Below the pieces are notes generated by a model. That model ran no database searches and was not told the origin of the DNA. It saw nothing but the letters and a program-made list of their open reading frames with translations. This document shows positions 1 to 13,248 of a stretch of 64,000 bases of DNA, in pieces (position 1 is the stretch's first letter; the number at the start of each line of letters is the position of its first letter). The stretch is taken from the NCBI RefSeq assembly GCF_009914755.1, contig NC_060934.1; one strand, written 5' to 3'. Both the position numbers and the translations under genes were made by a program. Source of the DNA: the human T2T-CHM13v2.0 reference genome, Homo sapiens.

Positions 1-898
1 TGTGGTGTGGTGCTTTGACAGAAACACCAACTAGGCACCTGATGGACACTTTTGTGATGCCCACTGGGGGACTATCTGAAGCCTTTAAAGGGGAATGGAT
101 GGTTATTCAAAGACACAGGCTAGTAGTCTGATCATTTCTTTTGTAAAAATAATCTCTGAAGGTTCCACTGTTTGCACACTCGGAAACCCACTCGGACTGT
201 TTAGGCTTGTCCCTTCAAAATTATTTCACTTCTTCCCCCTTCCTGTAGGTACTCCCACCTGTATGTGATAATCACATAACCAGGACATTATTTTCTTGTT
301 TAGATTTGCTTTCTTCATCTGATGACCCTAGTATTAAAATACAGCTATACCAGGTTAATAGCAAACTTATGAGTAATAAATCCAGCTGGCTAAAGCCCTG
401 TTGGTGATTCTTTAAATATTTAATACAACCAGTGTTTGAGGACTCATTCACCCTCTCAACCAACTGACCCCTCCACAGTCTCGGCACCTCCCCTGAGCCA
501 GATCCTGGGGTAGGCCCTGGAAACAGCTGTGAGCAAATAAAGACAGAAATCTCAGGGCATGTGCAGGGCACTAGAGGGATCTGTCCCAGCTTGGGGCCAG
601 GTAAAGCCTCCTGAGCAATGACATTGAAGGCAAGGTCTCCAAGGAGCTTGCAATGTACTTAGGAAGCGATTAGACTGAGACACAAAGTAATTAGGGAATA
701 AGTACGGGCTAAGTGTAAGGGGGAAGAGACTTCCTGCAAAGGAGAGCTCTCTGAGGGCTACAGAAACCAGAGGAGTCTTCCTGGAGGTGGAGGCCTCAAG
801 CTGGGCCTTGAAGGATGAGTAGGATTAGGTGTCCTAAAAGTGAGAACACAAAGACCAAGAAGCAAGACCCGTGACATACAGGCTGATTGGAGTACTGG

Positions 899-966
899 GT
901 GTGTTTTAGGAAGAGGAGGTGCTTGTAAGGCAGTGTGTTTTAGGAAGAGGAGGTCCTTGTAAGGCA
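899..966. repeat. 34-bp tandem duplication (2 copies)
   Basis: gtgtgttttaggaagaggaggt(g/c)cttgtaaggca twice, one mismatch. Confidence 0.9.
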
Positions 967-1428
967 AGTAGAGCTTTGTAAGAGGTAAACACCAGATATT
1001 AGTAATCTATTTCTCTAAAGGAGGGTTGAGGTCTTCATTTATTTATTTGTTAAAGGTTTTCTATTCCAGTAACAACAGCCCTCATCCTGAGTTATCGGGA
1101 GTTAGGAGTCTCCATTTCTGCTGGGGCCTAAGCAACCTGGTCACGATGTTTTAGATTGGCATGTTTGACCTTTGTCTCTCCAGAGGGTAAGATGAGCTGG
1201 CTAAGATGGCTCTGAGCTCCACTCCCCACTTATAAAGCGCTTGTGGGTTCTGAGGAGAGGTTAAGTAAAACCAGAACTTGTGAAGAAAGTGAATAATTTC
1301 ACAAGAAATGAGTCCAGGAAAAGATTTTTAAAATACTCGACTGTTCTTTCATTTTCTATGAAGGAGCCTGTCTCTGGAAGCAGAGCTCAGCCTCTCAATG
1401 ACTTGTGTTCAGCTCTGTGAGAGAAGAG

Positions 1429-1478
1429 AGTGTGTGTGTATGAATGTGTGTGTGTGTGTGCACACGCGCATATGTGTG
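1429..1478. repeat. (TG)n-rich microsatellite
   Basis: Interrupted GT dinucleotide run. Confidence 0.85.
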
Positions 1479-2626
1479 CCTAGGGGAGAGGGACAAGGGG
1501 AGAGAGGGAGAGGAAATGCCTGTGAGAATGCTGGAGAGCAGGCTCCTACACCTCTCTGTGCTGTTAATGGGGGTCATGGGCACCCCTCAGTGTCTTGGGC
1601 TCAGCCTTGGGGGTTGCCAAAACCTATAGGAGCAACCAGGAACATTCATGGTTTGGGGGTAGGGGTGACATGGCAAAGACTAGCTTTGTGGTGAGATGAA
1701 ACTGGTAACATCTGGAGGAGTTCAGCGGCTCAGTCCTTGTCGCTGAGGAGAGAGCCAAGAGGCAGGGGTATGGCTGCTGGACAAGAAGGTGCAAGGTGGC
1801 TGAGTAAAGAAAGCCCAGACTAGGGTGGTCACAGCTAAAATGGAACAGCAAATTCAGGAGAAAAAAAAGCAGGATTTGGAGCATGTGGCCTGGAGGCTCT
1901 ACGCATTGAGAAACAGGGGTGCCCGCAGGGGAGGGAGGAGTGAGTTTAGAGTCCTGTGTGGGAGCATCAAGGTGTTCAGAAGGGAAGTCAGGTTGGGGTT
2001 GGATGCCAGGGAGTTACCAGTGTAGACTTGAGACATGAATCCAGATTAATCGATGAACGCTACAGAAGTGAAAAATCATTCTCTCTCCTCAGCACTTAGT
2101 GTGTACCAGGCACTCATTAAGAGTTTCGCATTCACATTTGCAGAATTCTCCTGTCACAGAGTAGGGGCTATGAGCACCATTTACAGAAAAGAAAATCTGA
2201 TGCTTGGAGAGGTGAAGTACAAGCCCAAGGTGGCATAGCTGGTAACGGGGCACACTGGGGTTCCAACCGAGGTCTGTCTGGCTCAAAACCAAGCTTGTAA
2301 CCATCATGATGTTCTGAAAGAACTGTGGGTTGAGGGCTGAGGGCTAAATTCCGGGACCCCCTCAGTCAAGGAAGGGGACACAGAGAAGCCAGCAAGGTGC
2401 CCAGGAAGGTAGGGTGAAAACCAGAACTTGTCTAGCAGATGCCAAAAGGCCTGGGGAAATGGCCACTTCCACACACGTGCCACCAGACAGTGCATGAGGA
2501 TGAGGACTGGCCTTCTGTTCCCAATATTAAGACATTTGGAAATACAAGTGATTACTCTTCATAGTTGATCTGTTTTTCTTATTTGAAATAGACGTAAAAC
2601 CAAACCAAATCACACATACACTTTAC

Positions 2627-2695
2627 CTGAAGCTGTTCCTGGAGGAGAGGCGGGCGTTGAGGAATTTGGCTTGGTTGATCTATTCACCATGGGAG
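2627..2695 (-). CDS. BLNK: BLNK coding exon 8 (69 nt, APMVNRSTKPNSSTPASPPGTAS-G); symmetric cassette exon
   Basis: gtgtttaag|CT CCC ATG...GCT TCA G|gtaaag. Phase 1-1 and 23 codons, which fits the known short isoform BLNK-s lacking 23 aa. Confidence 0.97.
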
Positions 2696-2709
2696 CTTAA
2701 ACACAGAAA

Positions 2710-2735
2710 TGTGTGTGTATATATATATATATATA
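2710..2735. repeat. (TG)4(TA)9 microsatellite at the exon 8 acceptor
   Basis: tgtgtgtg followed by tatatatatatatatata, 15-40 nt upstream of exon 8 in transcript orientation. Confidence 0.9.
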
Positions 2736-3956
2736 CATAAAACCATTACAGATACATGCCATTGAGGAAAATTCACACTCAGGGAAAAATGATGACCAGA
2801 CCAGAGAATTTGCAAAGAACGGGAGACACCCTTATTAGACACACAAACCAATAAAAGAAGTCTTCTTAGAAGAAACATCTTTAGAATGGGAATATCAATG
2901 ACAGATTCATAATTTGATATATTATTATTTGATTATTTGATGATAGAGATCTTGTTAAAGTGAATAATGGCTTTGAATTTCATTTGCCAAGTGGGAGGTC
3001 TAAGAGATAAAGGAGTTTTATTGTTTTTGTTTTTCATCAAGAGTGTATTGAACCCCTTACTGGAGGGGCCCAATTAATAGCTCCACCTCCCCTACCAGAT
3101 GCAATACACACCATTGCTCTGGGATTTCATGGGTTTTTTTCTGTTCTTTTTTGTTTTTTTAAAGAGGGGTTGGTAAGGAGGGAATGTGTATTTGTTCTTT
3201 TGTGGTAATGGGTGGCTTGGGAATTCAGGTGGGTCTTGAAGCTGTTGGTGATAGGTACGGAGTACGGGAGAGGGTTGCTACATGATGGCGGACTGAAACC
3301 TGAATATGGCTACCATGGAGTTGAGAGTAGTAGATGAGTAATGTTACCTGAAGAGGTATCACTTGTACTGGATCATATTCTCCATAGTGACTATATTCAG
3401 AGTAAACATACCCTGTTTCCATGCCTAATCTTATGTAGCACTGGCTTTTTAAGGTAATTCATTGGTCATAGCATTTGTTGTTCTGTGAAGGGTTTACGGA
3501 TGAAATGTTTCATAGGCTTATCATACTACTAAATTTAAAGAACCAGGACTCAGGGCATATTTCACTCTTTCATTTTTTCACTCCTCTGCAGAAACTGTTC
3601 TTGGTGCAATGTTTACAAGGCCAACATGGTGGCTTGTGACATTGTATTAGGTTTTATGAGAAATCCATTTGAAGCGAGGGCAGCTGAAGAGAACTACCCA
3701 GGTGCTTTCATAATGTGAGATGGGAAGATTAAAGCATGGAAGAGGAAGGGGAAGGCAGGGAAGGGCTATGATACACAGAGATGGGTTGTCACTGATGCTG
3801 TCTGCCCAACCAGCCAAAGAAGCACACACTGTGGCCCAGGGGAGAAAGTCCTGGGCACTGTCATTTCTGAGCCTCTTAGTGCTTACTACCAAATACTCTT
3901 ATACATCCTGATCAACTGCTAAAAATTTTCAGGTGCTTAAGGCGACAAACTCTTAC

Positions 3957-4038
3957 CTTTTTCAGGTGGAGGTGAACTGCTTTCTGTGGGATGAATATAG
4001 TTTTCATCATTATCTTCCACGGGGACCACATAATCAGC
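3957..4038 (-). CDS. BLNK: BLNK coding exon 7 (82 nt, ADYVVPVEDNDENYIHPTESSSPPPEK; Y178, Y189)
   Basis: ttctgttag|GCT GAT TAT...GAA AAA G|gtaag. Phase 0 in, phase 1 out. Confidence 0.98.
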
Positions 4039-4107
4039 CTAACAGAAATACAAAACTGAATGAGAAGAATGCTGTACATTCATAGTTGACTGTATGGGAG
4101 GGAGTGA

Positions 4108-5425
4108 TTTTTTTAAAAAGCATTATTGAGACGCAATTCACATATCATAAAATTCTACTATGTAAATTGTACAATTTGGTGACTTTTAGTATATTCACAG
4201 ACATATACAACCATCACCACAATCTAATTTTAGGACATTTTTATGCAAAAAGAAACCTTGCACCCATTAGTCACTCCCCATCCACCGCTTCCTTGACCTA
4301 GTCGACCACAAATCTACTTTCTTTCTCTATAGATTTTGCCCATTCTGGACATTGAATATGCACGGAATCACACAATCTGTAGTCTTTTGAGACTTCTTTC
4401 ACTTAGTATAATGTTTTCAAGGTTTTCCTGTGGTATAGTATGTATCACAACTCCCGTCTTTTTATGGCCAAATAATAGTCTATTTTATGAGTATGCCACA
4501 TTTGTTTATCCATTCATCAGCTGATGGACATTTGAGTTTTTTTCCACTTTTTGGCTGTAATGAATAATGGTGTCATGACTATTCATGTACAAGTTTTTGT
4601 GTAGACATGCATTTCTCTTGGGAATATCCTAGAAGTGAAATTGTTGAGTCATATGGTAGCTCTAAGTTTAACAGTCGGAGAAACTGCCAAACTGTTTTCC
4701 AAAGAGGCTGCACCATTTTTCATTCCTGCCAGCAATGTATGAGGGCTCCAGTTTTTTCATATCCTCACCAACACTTGTTATCATCCTTTTTATTACAGCC
4801 ATCCTTGTGTGTGCAAAATGATATCTCATTATAGTTTTGATTTGCATTTCCCTGAAGACTAATGATGTTGAGTATCTTTTTATATACTTATTGTCAATTT
4901 TTGTATATTCTTTGGAGACATGTCTATTCAAATCTTTGCCCATTTTTAATTGGGTTGTTTATCTTTTTATTGAGTTATAAGAGTTATCTATATATTCTAG
5001 TTATAAGTTCTTCATCAGATATACAATTTACAAAACTTTTCTTCCATTCTGTAGGTTACTTTTTTACTTTCTTATTGGTATCATTGGTGGCACAAAACGT
5101 TTAAATTTTGAAGTCTGTTTTATTTATTCTTTTATTGCTTGTACTTTTGATGTCATATCCAAGAAACCATTGCCTAACCCAAAGCCATAAAGACTCATAT
5201 CTGTGTTTTCCTCTAAGAGTTTTACAGTTTTAGCTCTTACAGTTAGGTCTATGCTACATTTTCAGTTAATTTTTGTGTATGGTGCGAGATTAGAAGTCCA
5301 GTTTCATTCTTTTGCCTGTGGATACATCTAGCACCATTTACCTAGCACTATTTGTTTTAAAAAAGTATTTCTCTATTGAATCGTCTTAGCACTTTTGTCA
5401 ATAATTAAATGACGATAAATGCAGG
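4108..5425 (-). mobile_element. Old L1 (L1M/L1MB-like) 3' portion
   Basis: ORF 4668..4943 (-) resembles the L1 ORF2p C-terminus (KDLNRH..REMQIKT.MRYH). L1 3' UTR-like sequence faces exon 7. Confidence 0.88.
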
Positions 5426-5539
5426 GAGGGAGAGATTTTATATTGACAAGACACAAATGAGGTAACCAGATCTCAAAACTGGTTTTTACCACCTGCCCTG
5501 GTGGGCAGCCAAGAAGGGTACTAGGAGAAACAAAAACAA

Positions 5540-6070
5540 AAATTTATTGCCAGGTGTTCTTCTAAGTACTTTACATGTTTTTTTTCTCATTTAATCCTCT
5601 AACAACACAATAAGAGAGATATCACCATTGGCTCCATTTCCAGATGAAGAAACTGAGGCACAGAAAAATTAAGTAGTTTGCTCAAGTTGTCAAGTTTAAA
5701 AGTGGTAGACCCAGAAGGGCACAGTGGCTCGTGCCTGTAATCCCAGAACTTTGGGAGGCTGAGGCAGGTGGATAGATAAGAGTCCAGGAGTTCAAAACCA
5801 GCCTGGGCAACATGGTGAAACCCTGTCTCTACAAAAAATATAGAAAAATTAGCCAAACATATTGGTATGCACCTGTAGTCCCAGCTACTCCAGAGGCTGA
5901 GGTGGGAAGGTTGCTTGAGCCCAGGAAGCTGAGGCTGCAGTGAGTTGTGATTGCGCTTGGCAACAGAATGAGACCTTGTCTCCAAAAAAAAAAAAAAAAA
6001 GTGGTAGATCCAGGATTTGAACTCAAGCAGTTCAATAATTTAGCACCCATACTTTTATCCACCACATTCT
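5540..6070. mobile_element. MIR split by an Alu
   Basis: MIR core (cagatgaagaaactgaggcacaga) before the Alu and MIR-like aggatttgaactcaagcag after it. Confidence 0.7.
5716..6000 (+). mobile_element. Alu (AluJ-like)
   Basis: Dimeric Alu with poly-A. TSD aaaagtggtaga(c/t)ccag on both sides. Confidence 0.95.
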
Positions 6071-7010
6071 AGTACCTTCCATCCTCCCCCTCCTCTTTCT
6101 GTCTTATCTATCCTCTCTTTATTTAATTGCTATTTCTTATCTCTTTCTTCACCTCTGAAGCTGGCCGAGAGGCACCAGAGAGTTCTACTCACACATCTCA
6201 ATCTGCAGTTATATTTAGAGATGATCTGGCTGAGGGAGATGAGGCTTTGGAATCATACAGACCTGGGAGGAAATCTGTGCTTGGGTCTTTTCTAGATGTA
6301 TGACCTGTGGGGGAGTTAATTGCTGAATCATCGGAAGTTCTCCTGGATTCTGCCATTCAGAGGTGGGCACTTGCTCCTCTGTGGCACAGGGAACCTGGTC
6401 CTCATCTCTGCTTCGTCTCTGGCCCCACAGTGTCAAACTATGAACTCCTGAAGGGCAGGGCCTTCTCCTTCTCTGTGTTTGTGTTTCCAGTACCTGGCCA
6501 GTCGAATGCCTCACTGAATTGAATTGAAATTGCCTAACCCAATAGCCAAGGCTGGGATGGGCTGACTTAGCAGCTTTGAATAATGGGATGTTGAGTGGCT
6601 GCGGATCCCTGCAGGACCTTTTTGGTTCTATGGGTTCACCTTTTCGGATTCATTAGTAGCCAGAGTGACATGCTTTATAAGAACCCAACTTCTCTTCTAG
6701 GCGTTAGTTCCTATAAAAGGAGAGGCTGAGCCCCCAGGAGGCATGCCACCCTCTTAAACCCTGTAGTCAACAAAATCCTTCAATATCTTATGTCTGAACA
6801 CAGAATATTGGTATTGACACTTGGCAATGATGCCTGAATGGATATAGGGAAGTTGGAAGCTCCAGGCCCTAACCCAGTCCTACTTGACCACTTCAAAATG
6901 TATTCTTTCCTCTGTATTCTTAATTTTGTACTTGTTTTGTTCTGCAGTGCTTGATTACAGAAAATGTTTTTATCTGCAGTGTTTAGAATCTGAGCTGTTT
7001 AGAGTCATGA

Positions 7011-7649
7011 TGATATAGGAGTTAAGAAAAAATTACTTAGGCAGATAGTGAGGGTAAGATGTCCTTGGTAAGGTTTTCCTTTTAATAAAAAGCAGCCCCA
7101 AAATCATTTTCTTTTCTAACAAAGAGTAGCCTGTAAAATCAAGCTGCTGATATAGACAAGCAAGCTGGAAGCTTGCATGGGTGAATGCTGGCAGTTGTGC
7201 CAATAGGAAAATGCTACCTGTGACTAGGCATGATCAAAATGGTGGCTCTGTCTTCCCCTCTCTTTGCCAGCCACCTGTACAGTAAGGAGCAGACAAGATG
7301 GCACTGGCCAAGTAGAAAACCCATTTGTATAATAAGATTAGGGTGGGGCGACCAGCCTCTTCTGCACCATGTAAATGTCACTCCTGATCAAACCAATCTG
7401 TGGACCCTGTATAAATCAGATATCACCTCCTGAAGCCTGCCTCTAAAATCTGCTGTGGTCCACCTCAGGCTTGGTTTTCCCTTCAGATTCCACTGTCTTG
7501 CAAGAGAGAGAGAGATGCTCTCCTCTCTCCTTTCTTCTGTCTATTAAACTTTCTGCTCCTTAACCCACCCACACGTGTCCATGTCATTAATCTTGTCAGT
7601 GCGAGACGACGAACCCCAGGTATTTACCCCAGACAACGATGCCACTTCA
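7011..7649 (+). mobile_element. Solo ERV1 LTR, MER61-like
   Basis: TG...CA ends with 4-bp TSD ATGA (7007-7010 and 7650-7653). TATA-like tataaa and ATTAAA signals. 5' end resembles the recalled MER61 consensus. Confidence 0.82.
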
Positions 7650-10142
7650 ATGATATTTCTGGAATGGAGACATTTGTATTCCCAAAGAAGACTGATAGGA
7701 AAAAAGACTCGATCCAGTCTCAACAAATTCTGTTTGTAGTGTCTGCCCAACTTTCTCATCTTTATAGGGTTTTAGGAGAAGGAATGTAAAATGTATATTC
7801 CCAGCATTGCAATTCAATGCTTTAACGTTGTTATTGCTGAAATAAGTAAATGACCAAGAACCATCACATTTTATGTCCTTTATTAGGACATAATGTGGTC
7901 TTATTGACCACTTTGACATTGCTGCAGTGTTTTAATACCAACCCCCTTCTTTCATGAACAAAACACAAAAACTTGACTTCAGTGAATCAGTGATTGGTCT
8001 TTTGAAGCCAGGTAGATTATTATACTACCATGACCTACAGGTATTAGAAATCCTTCTTCAATTATTACAATGACATGATTCAAAATTAAAAATAGATTAA
8101 AAATCATCTTAGATCAACTCCAATGTTTAGATGTTTCAGTATTAATAAGACACTTGTCATAATTGTTTACATGTTTGCCTCCCCCTAGGACTACAGATTT
8201 GAAAAATAGGAGTAGCGTGAATTTATCTTATTTTCACTTTCCCATCGGCTCATACCCTATTACTTAGCCGGAGTCATTTTGATTAGCTATTAAATGCCCA
8301 CATGGGCTGCATCCTCATTACCACTCATATAAGCATTTAAAAGCTTTCCATACATTATTTTATTGAATTCTTATAAAAATACCCTCTAAATATATTCCCT
8401 CTGTGACCTTGGGTAAGTTTCTTAGCCCCTTTACACCTTTGTTTCCTCATCTGTAAAGTGGGGCTGATGATAGACTTCATAGGGTTAGTGTGAGGATTTA
8501 ATGAGATAATGCATACAAAGTGCTCAGAACACCAGTGGATACACAACATTCTCCAAGTGTTAGCCTCTCTCATTATAGCACAGATGCTCCTTCCTCCTAA
8601 ATGTCTTTGCCCCACCTCCAGCTCTCTGTTTAGCCTGTATCTCTGTATTTTGCCTATAACCTGCAGAGCAGGGTTAAACACTTTTATTTATGCTTGTACT
8701 TGACTTCTTCTTTTCCCAACTAATGGTTCAGCCATATCTTAATGTTGGCTTCTGTTTGTTTGTTTATTTGTTTTTACACCTCTTTCTTATATTGGCTCTC
8801 TATCTGCCCATTCCAGAACGCCCCCGCCTTCATACTTCTCTTTTTCCCACTGGTGCAGACTTGCCTGAGCCACCTCCACAAGGCTGCTATTAGCAAACCT
8901 CTGCCCTGACTCCCTGGGGTCCATTCTCAGTTATTTACAGAAATGAAGAGCCTTACATAACCCACAGTATTCATCTGCATTCTATATCTGAATTTGTGTC
9001 TTCATGTGGAATTGCCAAATGCTGAAATAATTTACAGTGAGATCCTAACAGCTGGTCTCCCCATCCTGTCCCCTCCCCTGCTCAGCTTCTCTTTGCCACC
9101 CTATTCCCACCCTTGAAAGGACAACATCGCCTCTCAGATGGGTAGGTAATAGTAAGAAGGAGTGTGTGCAGGGTGAGGGTGTGTACATGCACTGTATGCA
9201 TTGTGGGAGCTATGACAAATCAAAAAAGAGACCAGGATTCACAGCTGAGAGAGAGGGGGATGCCCTGGGGCCCAGTTGCTTTGAGGCCATGGCTGGCCTG
9301 GTGTTGCTAGATCTTCAGTTTTCAGAAGAAACTAGAAAACTGGATTTTGTCAAGGCTCTAGAATATGGTAGAAAGGAATCCGACATATATTAAACCCCTC
9401 TGTGTGTGAGGCACTGTATTTAGTGCTGTACATATGTTCTTTTATTAAATTCTCAAAATAACAGAGATGAAAAACAGACTCATAGAAGTTGTCTAGCTTG
9501 CCCCAAATCATACACCTAGAAGGGCCAAAGCAGGAATTTGGGCCTAGATGCTGCATCTATTTTTATTTAAAAGTCCATCTTTTCCATCTCCTGCTGGGCT
9601 GCAAATTTTATAAAGGCGGAATGAAGGTCATTTCACAACATGTGTGTAAGCCATAAGTTTTATCCTCTACAGGCAAGTTATTTCTTAGAGAAGCTGCAGG
9701 CTGGTCTCTGTCCTTATTTAAAATGCAGGGACCTCTGGGAGCCATAACACATTAGGCTTTATCAGTTACTACGACAGCTTGGATGAGTTTACCTATTCAT
9801 TTTCAAATAGGAGCTATTTCATAGGGAAAACAACACAAAGGGCTAGGTGCTGAGACAGGGAAGATTGAGGAGGTAAACCCAGAGTTGGATGCTGGGCCAT
9901 CTGAAAAGGTGGGTCTCTGGACACCTGCTGGGGCAGGGCAGCTGTGGGGAGGGAGGAAGTGAGAAGCAAGAGCTGTCAAAGGGAAGTGAGGGATTAGCTC
10001 CTCCACAGGTTGTGCGGGGTACCTTACAGACTAGCTATCTCCATTGTACATCCTGGCCCATGTCACCCTCTGCATCTGAGAAGAGGGAAGTGGAGGAGCA
10101 GAGAGAAAAGAAGGTGGAGGAAAGAAAGCAAGGTGGCGACAG

Positions 10143-10795
10143 TGTTACAGTGGGTATAATAGCTAGTCAGGCATGAGCAGGGCAGGAGAGGGCTCCCCTG
10201 CCCCAGGAATGTCAGGAGACCATCAGGTGATTGTCAGGTGGCTGTTAATTGTCTCTCTAAAATAATAATTGGTTACAGCCAGCGCCAGGGAAAAGCAGTC
10301 TCCCAATAGATAGAAAAAACCTGAAACTGGTGATGAGCAGTTTCCGATAAGATCTCAGGAGTTGGGCAAGTGGGCTCAAGCATGCGCATTAAGAGGCAAA
10401 ATGGCAGCGTTTAACTGGTACTTGACCTTCTAGAAACATTCAGCTGGTAAGGCAAGAATGCTTCAAGGGATCGTGCGTACAACTCCGGTAAGCACACTGC
10501 GCATGCTCACCTCCCAAATGCTAGCAGGGCACTGCACAAGCGGACAGCCCACACAAAGGAAGAATCAGGGGAGAAGGGACAAAAGACCCCGGAAGTGTGC
10601 TAGTGTATAAAACCCCAACTCAAAGGTCAAACAGCGCACTGGATCTCTCAAGTCGTCCGCTTGGCCCTCTTCTAAGTGTACTTGACTTCTTTTCATTCCT
10701 GCTCTGAAACTTGCCTTGGTCTCTCCTTCTGCCTTACGCCCAGGAGGCAAGAATTGAGGTTGCTGCAGACCCATATGGATTTGCTGTCAGTAACA
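10143..10795 (+). mobile_element. Solo ERV1 LTR, MER50-like
   Basis: TGTTA...TAACA ends with 4-bp TSD ACAG (10139-10142 and 10796-10799). Internal tataaaa. Confidence 0.82.
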
Positions 10796-11129
10796 ACAGG
10801 ACAGAGAAGCAAAGGAGAATAAAGAGAGAGGAAGAACATCTTAGGAAGGAAAGAAGAGATTCACAGGAAACCCCAGGGAAGAAGGAGGGGATAATATGAG
10901 GGGCACAGACTCAGTATTGATATTTTACCATACACCTCTAGTAAACTGACATATTTACAATAAGCCATTTTGGAGAAAACCAAGTCCCTTTGGTATAATA
11001 GTGGAGAGTTAGAGGGGGCAGTCAATAGCAGGTTGTAAAGAAGGAGGACAGCCAGCGGGCAGGCTGTCCTGGTCGCTTGCCCCACCCCCCTCTGTGTCCT
11101 GGGAAGCCTTTGGCACAGATTTACTTTAC

Positions 11130-11293
11130 CTCATCCTCAAGGAGGCCTTTGGGTTTGGGTGGGACTTGAGGTTTCTGCAAAGCAGTCAGGGCCGGCAGGG
11201 TGGAGGTGAGCCTTGCTTTCTCTGAAGGCCAGCTGGGCTTACTGGGAAGTGTCTTGCTGAAGGGTGGGGAATGCCTCTGGCTTGATCGATTGT
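11130..11293 (-). CDS. BLNK: BLNK coding exon 6 (164 nt, DNRSSQRH...GLLEDE; proline-rich)
   Basis: cctttcaag|AC AAT CGA...GAT GAG|gtaaag. Peptide in ORF 11121..11414. Confidence 0.98.
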
Positions 11294-11990
11294 CTTGAAA
11301 GGAACAAACAAAAAACATAACATAAAAGAGGCTCTGGATCATTTCCTGGGTGGAAGCCATTGAGATCCAGAAAGTATAAAACCACGGGTGTCTATGTAGC
11401 CACAAATGATCCACGGGGCATTCCTTGAAAGAGTAAAGTGAAATGTTAGGCCCAAAATTTCAACTGCTTATTGACTTAAACGACAAAAACTGGAAGAACG
11501 TCCTCATTAAAAACATCCTTCCGGGGCAGTGATGGACACCCAGAGGTTCAGGAGAACCAACAACCCAACACTTGGCCACACAGAGGGGATGGAAGCAGCA
11601 CTGGAGGGCACAGGGTGGGGGTGAGGTGCTCCTGGCTTTTAAAAATGCCAAGGCCTAGGCTCCACCCCAGCCTGGCAACGTTTGAACTCCTCGGGAGGAG
11701 CCTGGCATTACAGGTTGGAAAAGTTCCCCAGGTTATGCTAAAGTGTATCCAGGTGGTGATTACTCACGTGGATCAACTTCCATGCTCCTTCCCTCAGTGA
11801 TTTCGCTCCATTCACAGGGAATCTGTGGGATCCCTTTGGTCCAGGACTGTCCTTCTCATCAGGTATCAGAAAAGGAGTCAGGCTCTAAGGCCAACTGGAT
11901 CTGAGTTCTGTCCCTTGCTCTGCCACTCACTAGCTGTGCTCTTTGGGGCTGGTTATTCAACCTCTCTGGGACTCACATTCTTCATTGTTA

Positions 11991-12301
<311 letters not shown>

Positions 12302-12891
12302 AACATTCTTCATTTTTAAAATGAGGATCGTAATATCGACCTTAGAGATCTTGAGGGGATTAGGAAGATTGCAGTGAAGGCAGTAGGTACAGTGTGTCTG
12401 CCTAATAAGTAGAACTTATATCACCTGTGCCATGTGAGAGAGGCGTTAGGCGGCCTCAAGTCTACCCAGTGATTCAGTGAGCTGAGCATAGATTCAGACT
12501 GATGTGTTTTAGGAAAATCTTGGCATAGGAATAACCTGGCATGTTCTTCATACTGGGAACAGCACAGGTGCTAGCACTGGCCTCTGGATTGCATCACTGG
12601 CCTCTTGCTGCTGCTTCCTGTGACAGCCCCACCTCGCCCGGTGCAGCTGTCCTTGCCTGTTAGGCCCTCGCCTCTATGCTCCTGGTGCCTGCCCCTGCCC
12701 TCAGCCCTCACTCCTTGTTGAAGGTATGTGGTTAACTTCACCTCCGCTGCCTCCTCAGAAGCCTCTTTCTGGTGGTGTGGCTGTACTCAGGCATGAGGGC
12801 ATCCTTCCTTCTGTGCCTATAACTCTTGTCAGTTTTATTTGCAGCTCCTGGAGTTTACTCAGATTTCTGAGTAAACAAATATTTAATGTAA

Positions 12892-13248
<357 letters not shown>

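Noticed and set aside
1-2626. Search for BLNK exon 9 (GRNSGAWETK...) and the SH2 exons
   Set aside because: Not found. They lie beyond the left edge of the window.
4668-4943. ORF with retrotransposon-like protein sequence
   Set aside because: A decayed L1 ORF2p C-terminal fragment, not a gene.
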